Below are positions 39,980-55,903 of a DNA stretch of 64,000 bases, in pieces. Source of the stretch: Chrysomallon squamiferum. Taxonomy: Eukaryota; Animalia; Mollusca. How positions within the stretch are numbered: the first letter of the stretch is position 1; each line of letters begins with the position of its first letter. Made by a program: the position numbers and the translations under genes. Where the stretch lies: positions 5,394,001 through 5,458,000 of the forward strand of contig CM022673.1 of assembly GCA_012295275.1 (NCBI GenBank), in the 5' to 3' direction. The notes beneath the pieces were generated by a model. It saw only the letters and a list, made by a program, of their open reading frames with translations, did not search any database and was not told the DNA's origin.

Positions 39980-40071
<92 letters not shown>

Positions 40072-41141
40072 TTCACAGAGAAAGCACCAATTAGTGAAGG
40101 TATAACTCAGAAAAGTAGTGATTTATAAACAGTTTCTCTATACGACTTTAAAGCTATCTTATCTTTCTCTGTATATCTCTAAATGTAATTTCTGTGATTT
40201 GTATGTGTATTTTTTAAAGGTGTGTACGATGTTGTGACTATCTGCGGAGCTTTTGCGGAAAGTCATTTACCGTGTGCGGCAATAGAAGAACTCATTTCAG
40301 TGATAAAACAAGGTTTGTTCATTAATACAAAAATCTTTAATTATAAGCAAAAATTCTTGAGGTCATTTTTGACAAAATTTTGAAATGAGAGATGCAAATA
40401 ATGCATATTCCTGTTTCACTGTAATTATCATGATTCGTAGATGTGTGATGGTTTTCTTAAGATGTAGAGAAATAACATACTTATGATTGCGGATTTTGAA
40501 ATGTTTGTTTTTTTTGTTTTGTTTTTTTTGTATATTATTTTTTTCTTGTTTATTTACTTACTCTTGCATTTTTATTTTAATGTAATTTTCTTAATATTTT
40601 ATATCTATTAATTAATTTTTTTTATGGATATCTTGTCTTTATGTTAATTAATCAATTAATTTTTTTTTATTTTTTTTATTCTATTTATCACATCCCGTTT
40701 TATTTTATTTTTTTATTACTTATATATTATTTTTGATTATATATAATTATTTTGTTCGTACATATATTTATTTTTTTATAACTTTGTGTTTTTCATTTAA
40801 TTATTTATGTATTTATTTTTATTTTCAATTCAGTCCTATTCATTCTTTTGTAAATTTTTATTCTACTTAATAAACAGTCAGGACGTTATCGTCATTTGGT
40901 TGTTGGTCTGTTTCTTGACCCCAATTTAATCCTGTGCATTGTAAACATTATTTCAGGAGGGCTGATAATAAATTCAACGAGACAAGAACATTTCGACAAC
41001 GTTGAAGAATACAAGAAAAATGCCAAACCTCTTTTCCAGAAACTGACAGACGAAGGAACATGGAAACTGGAAACGGAGAAACACATGACCAATTACATAT
41101 TCGGAAGAGATGGATTAATGTTGATTCACAGAATTCTGTAA
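38355..41141 (+). CDS. METTL27: METTL27-like methyltransferase, copy 2, five exons (38355-38500, 39015-39143, 39829-39962, 40220-40312, 40957-41141), with apparent indels in exons 1 and 3 (probably sequencing errors)
   Basis: Exon 2 reads NSSVADYNGPRYVAETVAELFPENRNQIKILDAACGTGLVGLE (SAM-binding motif I). Exon 1 reads MEPTRFAENTSERG...GIGFDKLMEVYQE..QYDK|gt but has an in-frame TGA and a frame break. Exon 3 lacks one A and one G in homopolymers relative to copy 1. Confidence 0.75.
38790..38955. repeat. Compound pentanucleotide microsatellite (CTAAA)n-(CTAAG)n-(CGAAA)n in METTL27 intron 1
   Basis: Read directly; the unit changes stepwise along the array. Confidence 0.9.
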
Positions 41142-42020
41142 AAAAACAACAACAAACAATTAACAACCCGGTTATGTGTGTATCTGATACATACAATACT
41201 GACAGAAACGTTTTAACGATTCATACTTCTTCAAAAATAGAAGACAGTTGATGTATACGATTAAAATAAAAGATTAAGTTTTATATAATTTTGATTTGAT
41301 TGAATTCGTTCATTGAAATACTGCTTTAGAACGCTCAGTACGTAAACAAATATATTAAATGATCTATTTAAAATTAATATATGTGTATCTATATCTATTG
41401 CTATAGCTATAGCTATCTATCAATATACATATATACATACATATATATTCTAGTAAACTGGAGTAGAAACTTAGTTTAACAGTTAGCAATAAAAAATGTA
41501 TTTTCCATGTTGATGAATCATTTCATATTTTCTTTTCCCCTCTTCATTCCATAAGATTTCCAAGTAGTTATTTTAAGTACTGTAGTACTGTTCAGTGTTA
41601 TGATATATATAATATATATATATATAATCTTCAACCAGAACAAACATATGAATGCTTCTACACATATATATAAAAATAATATTTTGTCTTCTCCTTTTTG
41701 CTTTTAACCATGTTTATCCACACCCTTGTTGATAAAACAATCAACATGAATAAGACTTGACATGACAAAACAATTCGACAAACAAATATATTACAAAAAT
41801 GAGTGACATTAAATGACAAAACGAGTAACATTTAGTATCACCTAACAAGCTTGCAGCGTTTAAAAATTCTGAGGGAGTTTTATTGCCTTGGTGATCTCTC
41901 ACATAAAACGTGTATATAAATATCAAGATTCATCTTTTTCCAAGCTATTGTAACTTATAGTAAAATAGGGTCCGGAGACCTTTTGTCTTTCTTCAGTAAC
42001 TTTCAGTGTATCTGTGTTTC

Positions 42021-42126
<106 letters not shown>

Positions 42127-42176
42127 TGGGAAAATGAATAATAATAATAATAATAATGACGATGATGATGATAATG

Positions 42177-42207
<31 letters not shown>

Positions 42208-42652
42208 AAAGAAGAAGAAGAAGAAAATCTGTTAGATAAAATAATATAAACGGAAATTCTTAAATTTAGTCGTTTTGTCGCCATATAAAACTCAACAGAT
42301 TTCTGAGATGCTGTTTTTATATTAAAAACACACACGCATACATACACGTACGCACAAAACGGAGTAAACATGAAGTACTGAAGTGTAACTGTACAGTTAT
42401 GAATACATGAACAAACTGTTAGAATAGATGTGCGTGTGTGTGCATGCGCGTAATTGTAAAAAAACAAACAAAAAAACAACAACAACTAAAAACAACAACA
42501 TTTGTCAATAATAAATGATGTGCTCCCATACTTACTACAGGTTTTTATTATTATTATTATTATTGTTGTTGTTGTTGTTGTGATGTTTTTTCTTTTTCAA
42601 AAAACCTATAAATTATGAAAATTTATAGCCATTGACTTTTAGGTATTCTTTT

Positions 42653-42695
<43 letters not shown>

Positions 42696-43757
42696 ACACA
42701 CAAACACACAAAATAGAAGTAATAATTATTATTATTATAACACGGATAACGATGGTGATTATGATCTTGCTGATGAAAATATCAATAGGCTAGACAAATG
42801 GAAAAAAAATCAAAAAGAAAATATAATTATGAAATGAACGGACGAATAATAATAATAGCAACAGTAATAATAATAACAATAAAACAAAACGTCAATAATT
42901 ATAATAAATAGTAATAATAATAACAACAACAACAAGAAGATAATATTAATAATAATTATTTATTTATTTATTTGTTTATTTATTTAATGCAGTTCAAAAG
43001 AAATGTCTTATAGTTTTAAATTTCACTTTATTACATTACGTAATTTTTGAACGTTAATTTGTATCATGATTTTTTTTTAGCTGTCCATAAACTTTGTCTT
43101 TACATCCGACTCAAATGCTATTTAGTATAACAGCATTACTGTTTCTTTTTTCTTTTTTATTGCTTAGTTTAAAACATTATTTTCTCACGAATTACATGTA
43201 TCATTCATCACTTAGATTTATTACTCTCTGTCCCAGTTTTATAAATGTTTAATGTTTAAATATTTAGTGTCGTAACATAATTTACATGTAATTTGCATTC
43301 GGTGAAATAAATTAATATATGTCCGGATAATTTTTTCAAGGTAATAAACTAATTCTGTTACATATTTTTAAACAAGCTGAAGAAAAGATTAACTGTTCTC
43401 AGTGGCTACTAAATCTTATTATTTTCAATTTTTAAATACATATGTTCAAACTGGTCCAACGCTGAGAAAGGGAGTAGCGTTTTGACGTGTATCATTGCGC
43501 GACACAAACACTTTGCGTATTGGAAAGTTTAGTTCAGTAAGGATTGAACTGAATACACTGTGAATGAGCTCTGCTATAGCTTTTTATTGTCTAGGCATTG
43601 AATTTAACAGAACTACCAGCTAGAAAGTATTCTTTAACTTTTTCTAAACAGCAATCTTTCTGAAGAATCAGACTAAAATGACATCTTCAAAACTTTCATA
43701 CGTGTACTGACCTAAGATTAGACACAGGCATTGAGAAAAGTGTGTAAGATAGAATTG

Positions 43758-43803
<46 letters not shown>

Positions 43804-44942
43804 CAACAACAAGTATATAATAATAATGATGATGACATTTACAACATCAACGTGCCAGAAATTATTTCCTTTGTTTGTTCATCTTTACTAGTACAAGAAG
43901 GTAAAGGGCGCAAGTACATTTGATTTAATGCCCGCACTTTCAAATGAATCATTCGTTAAACCCAACAGGGCGAAATACATGAAAAAAGAAATCGCTGTGA
44001 TAATACTACATTTTAAATTTAAACGAGTTCATTTGCATATTCGTGATGGTAAAAATAAATGGTGGTAAAAATAAACTAATGAGAAGTAAAGCTCTGCAGA
44101 TATAAACTTTTCATGATGATAGACAAAAATACCATTAGAATTTTTTCTCAAACGTTTGTTTTTCAGACAGACAGACTCAAAGTATTTGACCCTTAGGCAA
44201 AATAGTTTAGATAAAAGTCTCTTATGGCATAGAGAGGCATTTGTTAAATTATTTATAGAATTCTGTGGATGAACATTATTCAAGCTCGACCAAATATGTA
44301 GTTAGGTATAAAAAAGAAATTGTAATAAAAAATGTACGACAAATATTTGACGAACATAATAAAAGTATTTTTTGAAATTAAAATTAATAATAATAAAAAA
44401 AGAAACAAAATAAATAAAGTGAATAACAAAAATCTAAATCAGCAATTAAAAACTAAAGCGTTGAACAATAACACGTGTGTGTGGCGCGTGTGTGTATATG
44501 TGTGTGTGCGCGCGCGCTTACATCAAATATCGAAGTAAATATAGTTCCGTTCCAAAAAGATTTACTTTTTGTTAGTGACCGAAAATATAAAAATATATCT
44601 AGTCATCCTATATTCCCAGTATTTATAGTTATTACAACGAAAAAAATAATTTAGCTGTTCTCAGTAATATATATGTTTTTGTTTAATATGAATATATATT
44701 TAATTTAATTTAATTTTATTTAATTTTATTTTATCCTATTTTATTTTATTTTTTAATTATCTATTTATTTATTTATATTTGATCTTTTTAGAATTTTAAT
44801 TTTTAAATATTTATGTGTGTGCGTGCGTGTGTGTGTGTATGTGTATATGTTTGTGTGTGTTTGTTTTAACAACATTTTTACGTTCGTTTACAAAATGCAC
44901 AACAAAATTAATGACATACTATTTGAGAGAGAGAGGGGGAGA

Positions 44943-44996
<54 letters not shown>

Positions 44997-46345
44997 AAAC
45001 CAGAGGCTATTGCTTAATAAGTTTGTTCGTGAAAAATGAAACAAAAAAGGTAAATAAATAAATAAATAACAATGAAATAAAATACAAAGGGGAAAAACTC
45101 CGTGCAACTTGTTTTACAAGAGTTATTTTTCTCATTATTTGCCTTCAATAATCGAAGCCGTCAGTATTTATTTATTGATTGATCTTTTATTATTATTTTA
45201 TTATTATTATTATTTTATATTTTGTTTTGTTATAATGTTAAAGCCAGTCGATAAATACACTGGCGTTGAGTTATGTTAGGCTATCAAATTAAATTTAAAG
45301 GGATTTCGTGAATACATTTTCTATCACCGAGATAACATATTAGACTAGCTCCTTTATGCTTCACGATTCATGATTGAATTAACAACGTGAAATTAGAAGA
45401 AAAAAATCCTTTATAAACTAATATATTTGTGACAGAGAAAAGAATAACTGAGTATTAAATTGGAGAACTTAAAAGTAAGTAAGTAAATAAACAAACAAAA
45501 TTGTCATAAATTCTATAATAGCCTGCATTGATTAATTGAAATCTGACGGTACAAAATAACTTAAAAGACTGAGCCATTGGGCTTTTATACGTTCACACTT
45601 TTTCACAAATAATGTATAAAATAAAGTTTTCATAACACACGGAAAAATCCCATGACAGATTTTTTTGCATTTAATTATATTGACATTACTTTTCATATCT
45701 GGGTTCTTTTCTATTCATAAATAAAATCTGAAATTTTTGTGGAAACTTGGTTCAGGTAATTTTTAACACTACTATCAAAAATTTTTGTTATACCGATGAC
45801 ACGAATAAATAGCTTTTTAATTTAACGATATCGTCATAATTGGTCGAAATGTCAGTTGGTCGTAAAGTAAGTACCTGTCTGTTACGTAGACACTGTGTTA
45901 TTGTTACCTGTGTAGCTAATGAACTCACTCGTCAACTGAGTAAACTAATCCATCCTTTACGAATCTCTGACATTAATTACAGCTTACACTTTTATTTTAA
46001 ATATACTGTGATAAAGACACAAGCTAACTTGTGTTACGCAATACTATATGTTAGTTATTGTTACAAATTATAAGTCAGCGTTTCCAAGCTTGCGTCTGTT
46101 ATGAATAATCGATTAACACGTACAAAATTATCAGTCTTCTATACCTCGTCTTTGTCAGTCTATTTATATGCGGAATAGTTTATTATCCGTGACCTCTTAA
46201 TACTCGGGGAAAAAATAGAAGATGATGGAGGTTATTTTTGTTATAATCTTTTCAAAAATTACATTTACTGTTCCAAGAATGGCTGGTTTGTGAATGGTAG
46301 GATTTGTGTGCAGCCAGGTCGTGGAAAACAACAAGTTTTGTTAGA

Positions 46346-47212
46346 TGGCTGGCGGTAAGTACAGTCAAAATAGCATTAATGTAGAAGCACCAAAGGACAC
46401 TATAAAGACAATGAAACTACAATCAAGCTTGTTAGTACTTTGAGAAAGACAACACGACCCGAAACCACTGATCGTCAATTCCGACCTGATGAAGGCAGCA
46501 GACCTGTACATCCTCGATATCCTTCCTTTTCCCAGCCTCAAGAGTCCCACGTACAGACAGCAACGAAGCATGGTGCCTGCTCCCCACACGTTGTTCTGCA
46601 GAGTCCGTGGTCTGAAACGTACGATGACAAGAGATTCTTGTTATTCAGTGATGCAGATAAGATGTTGTCCGGGGATCGTTTCTCCACGTAGCGGTTAAGA
46701 TTTGCATGGATGATACATGAAGAACCTGAATGAGAAGAGCTGCCAATCTGCTGCTAGTTCTGATGGAAAAGGTCCAGATCAAGTGGTTTGGTGCGAAGGG
46801 GATCAACTCCAGCAGCACCCAGAGACGCTGAACTCAGTGATTACGTGGTGAGAACACAGTGGACGATGACGCGAGATTTCCTGTTTGTGTTTGGAATCAC
46901 TTCACCAACGTCTGTCCAAGAATGAACACTTTGAACATTGAAAAAAAATGAACGTGCTAATCAGAGCAAGCTGTTGTGAAGCACGTCTACGGCGGGCACG
47001 CTTTCTGACAGATCTGGGAGGTTTTTCTATCGCGAGTCAACAGGCAGCTTCCTCGTCGACATCCCAGCACGTACAGATTTGTAGATTTGATCAACAGAGG
47101 AACGTGAAAGATCACAGTTAGTACAGGAGCAGCACGACCACCGAGGATATGAATTTATGGACAACTCTACGACAGAGTTCGTCGCCTCAAGTAGCAGCTT
47201 AGTGACCGAAAC
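46346..47212 (+). mobile_element. MULE transposase relic, second version
   Basis: Matches 6820-7750 with different small deletions; retains SRVNRQLPRRHP, which is partly deleted in copy 1. Confidence 0.7.
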
Positions 47213-47231
47213 AAGTGTTATTTTATGTGTG

Positions 47232-47376
47232 AGCGTTAACGTTGTGATTTAGAAATAATTCTTGTATTGACAATAAAGCGTTAACGTTGTGATTTAGAAA
47301 TAATTCTTGTATTGACAATAAAGCGTTAACTTTGTGATGCCGAAATAATTCTTGTATTGACAATAAAGCGTTAACT
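47232..47376. repeat. 45-bp minisatellite, 3 units
   Basis: Same unit and same flanks as 7769-8858; 47367-47232=3x45. Confidence 0.95.
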
Positions 47377-47974
47377 TATCTAATTTAATCTTATAATTAA
47401 CATTTTTTAGATGCAGACCTTCTTATTTAATTATTTAAATGGTCGGTTACAAACAAATCCGGAACAGTTCATTCATATAGTGACTGATGTAACAACATTA
47501 ATATACATAAGTCTACTGAACTATATCTGTTGTTGTTTTAGCAGTTGGACTAATCGGAAATTGGATCAAAGGGGATTAAGTTATTATAACACGTATTATG
47601 ACTTCCCGTTACTCTCAGAGATCTATATTTTATCATGAAAATGTCCACTGACAATTTCTAACTGGCGTAAACGTAACTGATATCTTACAGTTTTTAAATT
47701 TTATTATTATTATTATTTTTTAAAATTAAATTTATAAATATACTTCAGTGGGTTTTATCGGTGGGTTTGGTTTTTTTTTTTGTTGTTGTTGTTGTTGTTG
47801 TTGTTTTTGCTTTTAAACCTTCCCCCCACCCGCCCGAAGAAAATAAATAAATATAACTCAGAGTTAAATGCATTTTATAATATTTAATCCTAAACCATGT
47901 TTTATAGGTGGTAAACACATTCTGAATTGCATTTTTAGTAAACAAACGAGACATATTGCATTTCTTCATCTTTC

Positions 47975-48008
<34 letters not shown>

Positions 48009-48218
48009 CATATATAAACAGACTGGGTTTATGACTGTATTTACATATCTTACCTACTAATCCATTTACATAGTTAAAACAACACAGTTTATAGCATCGA
48101 TGAACTAAGTCGTTGTACTTGAATTTTTTAAATAATTGTTTTGAAAGCATTATACTTAAAATTACACTGAATTTTAATTATTTGTAATCACATATATCTT
48201 AGCATTTCTTAAAATTCA

Positions 48219-48288
<70 letters not shown>

Positions 48289-48777
48289 AATACAATAACG
48301 ACTTTGCTAAAAACGATACCGTCTTTCTCCCTATTTTCCTTAAAAATAAAAAATGTATTTATTTATTTTTATAACGATAATGTTAGTCTGTAATTTTATT
48401 AACCGTAATACAGTTAAAACAGAAACTTTGAGTCACAAACGTATTGAACCAGTCTTAGCCGAACTCGTTCACTGTATAAAGACAGCCATGCTCCTTTGTT
48501 TGCTTCGCGCAGTTGTTTGTAGGTAACTGCGCTATCGTAACGACCAATCAGTCTTTCCTGAACCAGTTGTGAATAGGTTAAATATAAAAGCAATTAACAG
48601 CGTAGCAGTAATTGTCAGGCGTATTTACTTCACGCGGCATATTGAATATGGATTTAAAGAAAGCTTGTGTGTTGTCAGTCGGGTTACTGTTATTTCGTTC
48701 AGAGTTCGGATTGTAGATTCGTGACCTCGACCTTTGTGTGGCTCTGGTTTATCAAAGGAAGCATGCCATACTGCTAG

Positions 48778-49342
48778 ATGAAGTCAGTACACAGCTATCT
48801 CTATGGATTTCTTCTGCTTTTATCATTGCTTCAGGTAAGTGAGATTTCGTTAATTCTTCTAGGTTAAGATCTTCAGATTTCCGTTTTTAAAGGTTAAGGC
48901 TGAAGAAGGTAATCAAAGTAATTTTTGTGCGCTTAGTGAATACAAGTTGCAAATTCAGCAAAAACAAAATCAACAACAACAACAGCAACAACAATGAAAT
49001 AAAAAAAAAATAAAAAAAATAAATAAATTAAAATAAAATATATTAAATAATAAAAAAAGGGTGTTTTATATTGTGTTATATTTGTATATGTTGCAAAGCA
49101 ATCACTACATCAGTGAAAACTAATGAATAACACTTCGGAAGAGAGAGAAGCAGTTAAAATCATAATGAGAATAATAATCACAACGTATTCATTTGTTGAC
49201 ATTTATAATTAATCGAGGCTCGAAAAAAGCAAATAAGAAAAAAAGGAACAGGTAATTAGACTACAATTCGAATTTTGTTTATTTATTTTTTATTACGCCT
49301 ATGGGTGCCGAAAAACAAAAATAAAAATAAATTAAAAGATAA

Positions 49343-49403
<61 letters not shown>

Positions 49404-50791
49404 CAATTACTATAATTAACTTTATTATATAACTAGGTACCGAAACCAAATTAAACATTATAAGCTGTAAATCTGTAGACCTAGCTGTGTCTGTCTTTCC
49501 TGCCAAACACTCAGTTAAAAACTGAATGTATGTGACTCAGTTTTAAACAGTCACACATATTCTTCCTTCTAAAATATTTCCTATCACACACATGCCCTAA
49601 CCCCCACTCCCCCCCCCAAAACCCCACCAAAACAACCCACGATAAATATTTCCAAAATAGTGTTGTTTTTGTTTCCTTTATAAAAAAATAACACAAAAAA
49701 CCCACACATGTACATACATGTATATGAATGATAAAGCTGTGACTCATGAATAAAATTAATTAAGGAAACTAAACATTCTGTTAATTATTTATTATTTTCC
49801 TCCGAGCGTTGCACGTTTTGGTAAGCTCACGAGGCGAGAGAAGTTGACGTCAGAAACAGTGAAGACAACAGTGAACCATTAACTGACAGTTAAAAATTTC
49901 GCAAGGCTGCGGTAACCAAGACACTCGAATCGACAGTCGTGACACGCAGTTTTCAATAGAAAGACTGGTATTAACTGGTCAGATACGCTTGACTGAGCTT
50001 CGTCTCTTTCAACATGTCAATAAAATAAGAGCAGCGACTGATGAATGAATGAATGAATGAATGAATAAATAAATAAATAAATTAATTAATTAATTAAATT
50101 AAATTAAATTAAATTAAATTAATTTAATTAAATTAAATTAAATCAAATTAAATCAAAATCAAATCAAATCATGTCAAATCAAATAAATAAATAAAACTAA
50201 ATTAAATTAAATAAATCAAATCAAATAAATAAATAATAAATAAATAAAGAAATAAAGAAAAAAATAACGTCAATAACAACAACAACGGCAGCAGCAACAA
50301 CAACAAAAACAATAACAATAAATATAATAAATAAATAAATAAAAATAATAAAGGTCGATCAACAAAACCATTCTGCTAAATAAAAGCAACGAAGCAGATC
50401 TGTGTTACTAATTATATTTCGGCATAGCAACCTAACAATAACATGCGCAAACTGTTCTCACTCGCCTGATCGATACTGGATTTCCACGGGTTAGCTCGCC
50501 TTTGTATTTCAGCTGTAGTCTGTAAAATGTCAAACTGATCTAAGAAAAGAAATTGCATGCCGACAGAGTGGTATAATTAGTTTGTGTTCTCTACATCATC
50601 AAGTACATTATTTATTTTATTTTATTTTTTTTTATTTTTATTTTTTTTTTTTTTTATTTTATTTATTTACTTATTTATTTATTTTATTTTATTTTATTTT
50701 ATTTACTTATTTATTTATTTTATTTTATTTTATTTTATTTTATTTTATTTTATTTTATTTTATTTTATTTTATTATTTATTTTTTTTTATT

Positions 50792-50822
<31 letters not shown>

Positions 50823-51477
50823 TGTATTTTTTGTTTATTTGTTTGTTTACAACAACAACAACAAAAAAAAAAAACCTCGAAAAACAACCTAATAAATAAA
50901 TAAATAAACATTTCTTTTTTTTTTTCCTCTTTTTTTTTTAATGTTGAAATGTAGCAAAGTCACATATCCCATTTCCGAAAACTTCCTGATATGGTGTAAC
51001 CATAAGAAACTGTGAGGCTGGTTTGTGATAAGCTACTAGCTACATGCGGATAGCACGTTGCAAGCGTTCACGTTTCAATAAAATACGATAAACACAAGAG
51101 TGAGTCTATCCGCATTTAAAACGTGCACCCGTGTGGTTAACGATACATGCATAAACTCGGCCTTTTATTTAAATGAGTTTGTTTAACTTACTGAAAGGAA
51201 TTTGTAAACTTCCAGTGGGGTAGCGTGGGTGGGGCACACCATTCTTGGGTTCACTAATGCACTAATGGAAGGGACTCGGGGATTGGGGATGCAATACATT
51301 TGCATTGCCTTAGCAGCTGGTGAACTCTCTATCACATTCATATGCACGTACTATACAATCTTCTTCTTTTTCAAACCCGTTCATACTCCGTCTACTATTA
51401 GATCGAACCCAATGAGCTAACTTCGCTTTGTTCTTCAGCACAATGATGTATTGCTTCTCTTGATTTTTTATTAATAT

Positions 51478-51516
<39 letters not shown>

Positions 51517-52004
51517 TTTGTTGATCTGGCATTTTTATTAACGATCTGCTACGTATTGGCTTAAGCTTTACAAACATTTTTTTTTTTTTTTTTAAATTCT
51601 CATTCTCATCTATGATCCTAATCTTACCTGCAAACAAAATTGTCATATATGAAAATAACGTTAGATTATGTTGTTGGTTTTTTTGGAATGAATAATAGGC
51701 TGAAAGCTTCTGATGTCTGCAAGTCTAGTTGTCCCACTCTCCACTTCGTGTAAAGCAAATATGTGACTTACTGAATAACGCTGTAACGGTTGTATGTTGT
51801 GTGTTTATGTCTCTTCCTAAATCAATGACAAAAATAATGTATCATTATCTGTAAACATTGATGACTTACATGACACACCCACAAACACACACACACACAC
51901 AGACACACACACACGCATATGCACACGCACACGAACACACACACATATAAACACACAAACACACACACAAACACATACACACACGCACACACACATAGAC
52001 ACAC

Positions 52005-52050
<46 letters not shown>

Positions 52051-54015
52051 GCACACATAGACACACACACACACACACACACACACACCTTGTCTACAAA
52101 GGTATTCGACTCTGTCAGTTTAATTTTGTTTGCAGACTGCTCAGTCGTGTGTGGATCCAACAGGCGTCAGCTGTCTTTGGTATTTTTGGTAAGAATTAAT
52201 TAAATGTATTTCATTCTTAAAATTTATATTCATTATTTATTTATCAGATCATTTTTATTTCGCCACTCAGTTGCTTTTTTTTATCTTAATTATATTAAAA
52301 ACGATGATTTTTTTTTTTTTTTTTTTTTTTTTGTGACAAGCAAAAGGGAAGATATAAAGTAAATACAAATGTTTATGTAGTTAATTTCTGACGTTTCGCT
52401 TTATAGTACAATAATAAAATAAAAAAATTAAATTTATTTATTTATTTTATTTTATTTTTTTTAATTTTTTTATGCAGGTTTATTCTTTTCTGGACTGGGA
52501 TAGGAATTTTCGTTATTGTTGTCTGCTTGGTGAACAAATGTCAACAGAAGTTAAATAAGATAGACGACATTTTTCTCACAGGTAAAAAACGAACAAACAA
52601 ACAAACAAGTAAATAAATAATAGAGGGATATAATCAGGTCTAACATTTACAACAATCAAAATTGCAAAAATCAAAAATCAGTTTTAGGCTTTGACGAGTA
52701 ATTTGCTTTTCTAAGGGATAGGCCTGTAAACAAACAAACATACAAACAAAAAAAACTAAAAACTAAACTAAGCAGCAAAAAGACACATCTTTTCTTTATC
52801 CCGTTCTAACAAATATAGAATCCCCACCACTATAAAATAATATAAAAATAACTATGATCACGATGGTACTAAATACAAGCATAAAGCATTGAAATGTTCA
52901 TTTATTTATCTATCGTTATTTCTTTCAAAATTATGTTAAGGGCTAGAGGCTATTTTTGTGTCTAAAGCACGAAACAATAAAAAATACCCACATTATTATC
53001 AACATTATTATTATATTTGTCTTTTGATTACTAACAGATAAGCCTCGCCTGCTGATAAAACAATGACAGAATACGGTCAAACCTCTTTATAACAATGTGC
53101 TCAAGTGTTTTTCCTGTGTTCAAATATCATAATTTTCTAGACGTTTATGGCTTAGTTACATAACTGACAACACTAAATAATAACAAGAAAATATTTTTGA
53201 ATGTTTCAGATGAAAAAAAAGTCAAACAAAAGACAGTTATTCAGCAGATTATTTGTCCAGACGAAAAGGATAAGTTTAATAATAAAGACAACGCGTCTAC
53301 ATCGACATCCGAGACAGGGAGTAGATCGTCGACACCTGAGACAGTGAGTAGATCGTCGACACCTGCTCATCAGACAAAGAATGATCTGGGCACCGGTGTC
53401 AGCGAAAAAGCGACCGATGACCGGAAGTGGACACTACCGGTGTCATATTACCAGTCGCACGAAGTAAATGAACTAAATCCTGACTTAGAAAACATATCAC
53501 AGTCTGTTACGCAACAGAACTTCGTCAGAACTTCGTATCACGAAGGGACACTGAAATACAATTCAAGTCATTTGAACTACTCGTCCGCGCACTTTCATCA
53601 AGAAGTCAAACCTGATAACCCTCCAGGACAGCTGTATGTACAGTCGTTAGTGAGAGAAGAAACACGTTTCGACAGCAGCGATTCCACGGATGTGAAACAC
53701 AAGGACAGTGCCAAATATAAAGATGCGGAGATATCCTCCTATGATAAAAATATAGAGAGTAGGTTTGTAGCAAAAGTGTTGGCTTTAGAATCCAGAGATT
53801 TTAGCGATAGAGGCGTGATAAATGAAACCCCCTTTCTTACCAATTATCGGGATCTAAGTCCAGATGTCGCTAATAACGAAAGCGATAAAAGAAACGAAAG
53901 AAACGTAGTCTTCTCAAAACAGAACTACGAAATAACGATACCCGGAGAAATTGAAGAACTGGAAATGACGTCAAACACTAGCGCCACCGGAAATGACGAA
54001 TCTGTTTCCCGCTGA
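48778..54015 (+). CDS. Uncharacterised type I membrane protein, copy 2 (exons 48778-48834, 52136-52188, 52478-52581, 53210-54015)
   Basis: Same splice sites and translation as copy 1; the three differences seen in the last exon are synonymous (TCT/TCC, TAC/TAT, GAG/GAA). Confidence 0.8.
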
Positions 54016-55722
54016 CGTCGCTAATACTGTGCTCCTGTTATGTGTGAACTTCAAAAGCAGACAAAAAAAAAATAATAATAATAAAAAAAAAATAATAATA
54101 ATAAAAATAATAATAAAAATAATAAAATAAAATAAAATAAAATGACAATAAAAATATAAATAATAGTAATAATAATAATAAAGAAAAAAATAGAAAGAAA
54201 GAAAAATGATTATACCATGGCCATATTAAGTAACTATAGGCCTAAAACACTTTGTGAAGAGAACTTCGCAAATGATGATTCGATAAACCAAGTGCAAATA
54301 ATATTAAACATATCATTTAATTCATTCTCTTTATTATATGTATCAAAATATTATAGATAAAGTTATGATTCAATATCACAAGTGTCAATTTTAATTACGT
54401 GCTTGACCTGAACAAATTCATGTAACTTTATTTATAGAAAACAACAGCAGCAGCAGCAGCAACAACAACACAAAATACTTTGTTTTAAACGTTTTAATGA
54501 GAAAGTAAAGTAATAAAAAAATAAAAAATAAATAAAATAAAATAAAATAAAATAAAATAAAATAAATGTATTATGAATAAATAAAGAAAGAAAACTAAGA
54601 AGAAAAATAAGAAATAGAAAACAGGAAGGGGAAATAATCTCTGCTACTTACTTTACAAGAGTTACTCTTCAATATTAAATTGTTTTTTATTTATTTATTA
54701 ATTTACTCAGACAGATTTTTTTCATTGTTTATGTAGCTGTTTATTTATTTATACATTGTTTCAACTATTTATTAATTTAGTCATATAGATTTCCTTGACT
54801 GCTCATGAAGCTGTTTATTTATTTATACATTATTAGTTCATTCATTTATCTATAAATTCCTTTCTTTATTTTATTTATTTTTAAAAATTACAAACTCAAA
54901 TTTATAATTATTTTGCATAAATTTATACTTTAATAAACAGTAAAAATATATTAGAGATCTCTAATTACTTAAGAATAAAAATTAACATCTTCTGTCCACA
55001 CTGTATATAAAAATTTAACACAGCTGTCAGTTATATTTATAAATATTCAGAAATAACCCAGGAAGCTGACAAACCTCATATTAGAGGTTGCCAAATGGAT
55101 ATTAGTTACAGACAGGCCATGACATGTAAAATACACCCACTGCTCAACATAATGTTATTTCAAACACAAAACTTTGCAAGGATTGTTTTCATTATTTACA
55201 GAAAAACAACGTTGACAAATCCAGTGTCAGAAAATGTTGACAAAAATAATAAATGCATAAACAGTACTGATCAGTACACAACAGAAACTGACAAATATAT
55301 GAATGAATGAATTATATATTTTATTTATATTTAACAGAGATCATAGAAGTATATTTAAAACTGCATAGCATATAATACACAAACACAATAAGGCATTGTA
55401 TGTTGATATTACCAACTAACGTGACTGAAGGCTTTGATAGAAAACAATATTCGCCGACACTGAGAAGAAGTAGAAAAATTAAAAAGAAACGTGTGTGTGT
55501 GTGTTAACACATCAAAACACATAAAAACGTATACATAATGTAGATATATAAAAAACATAGATATAATCATAAACACAAACACACACACACACACAGACAC
55601 ACACACACACACACACTTAAAAACATATATATATAAACATAAAAAATAATTTCCTATAAAAAGGAAGGTACATTTTTCGCCGGTTACTAAGAATTGTCAA
55701 AACGTATAAAAATAAAAGAAAA

Positions 55723-55778
<56 letters not shown>

Positions 55779-55903
55779 TATTATTATTATTCATATTATT
55801 ATTATTATTAAGCAAATTAGATTATAGATCATATAAGCCTTATAAAGAAGTAGAAATCCTATAAGCATGTATATTTATATAATCTAAAAATGAGAGGACT
55901 ACA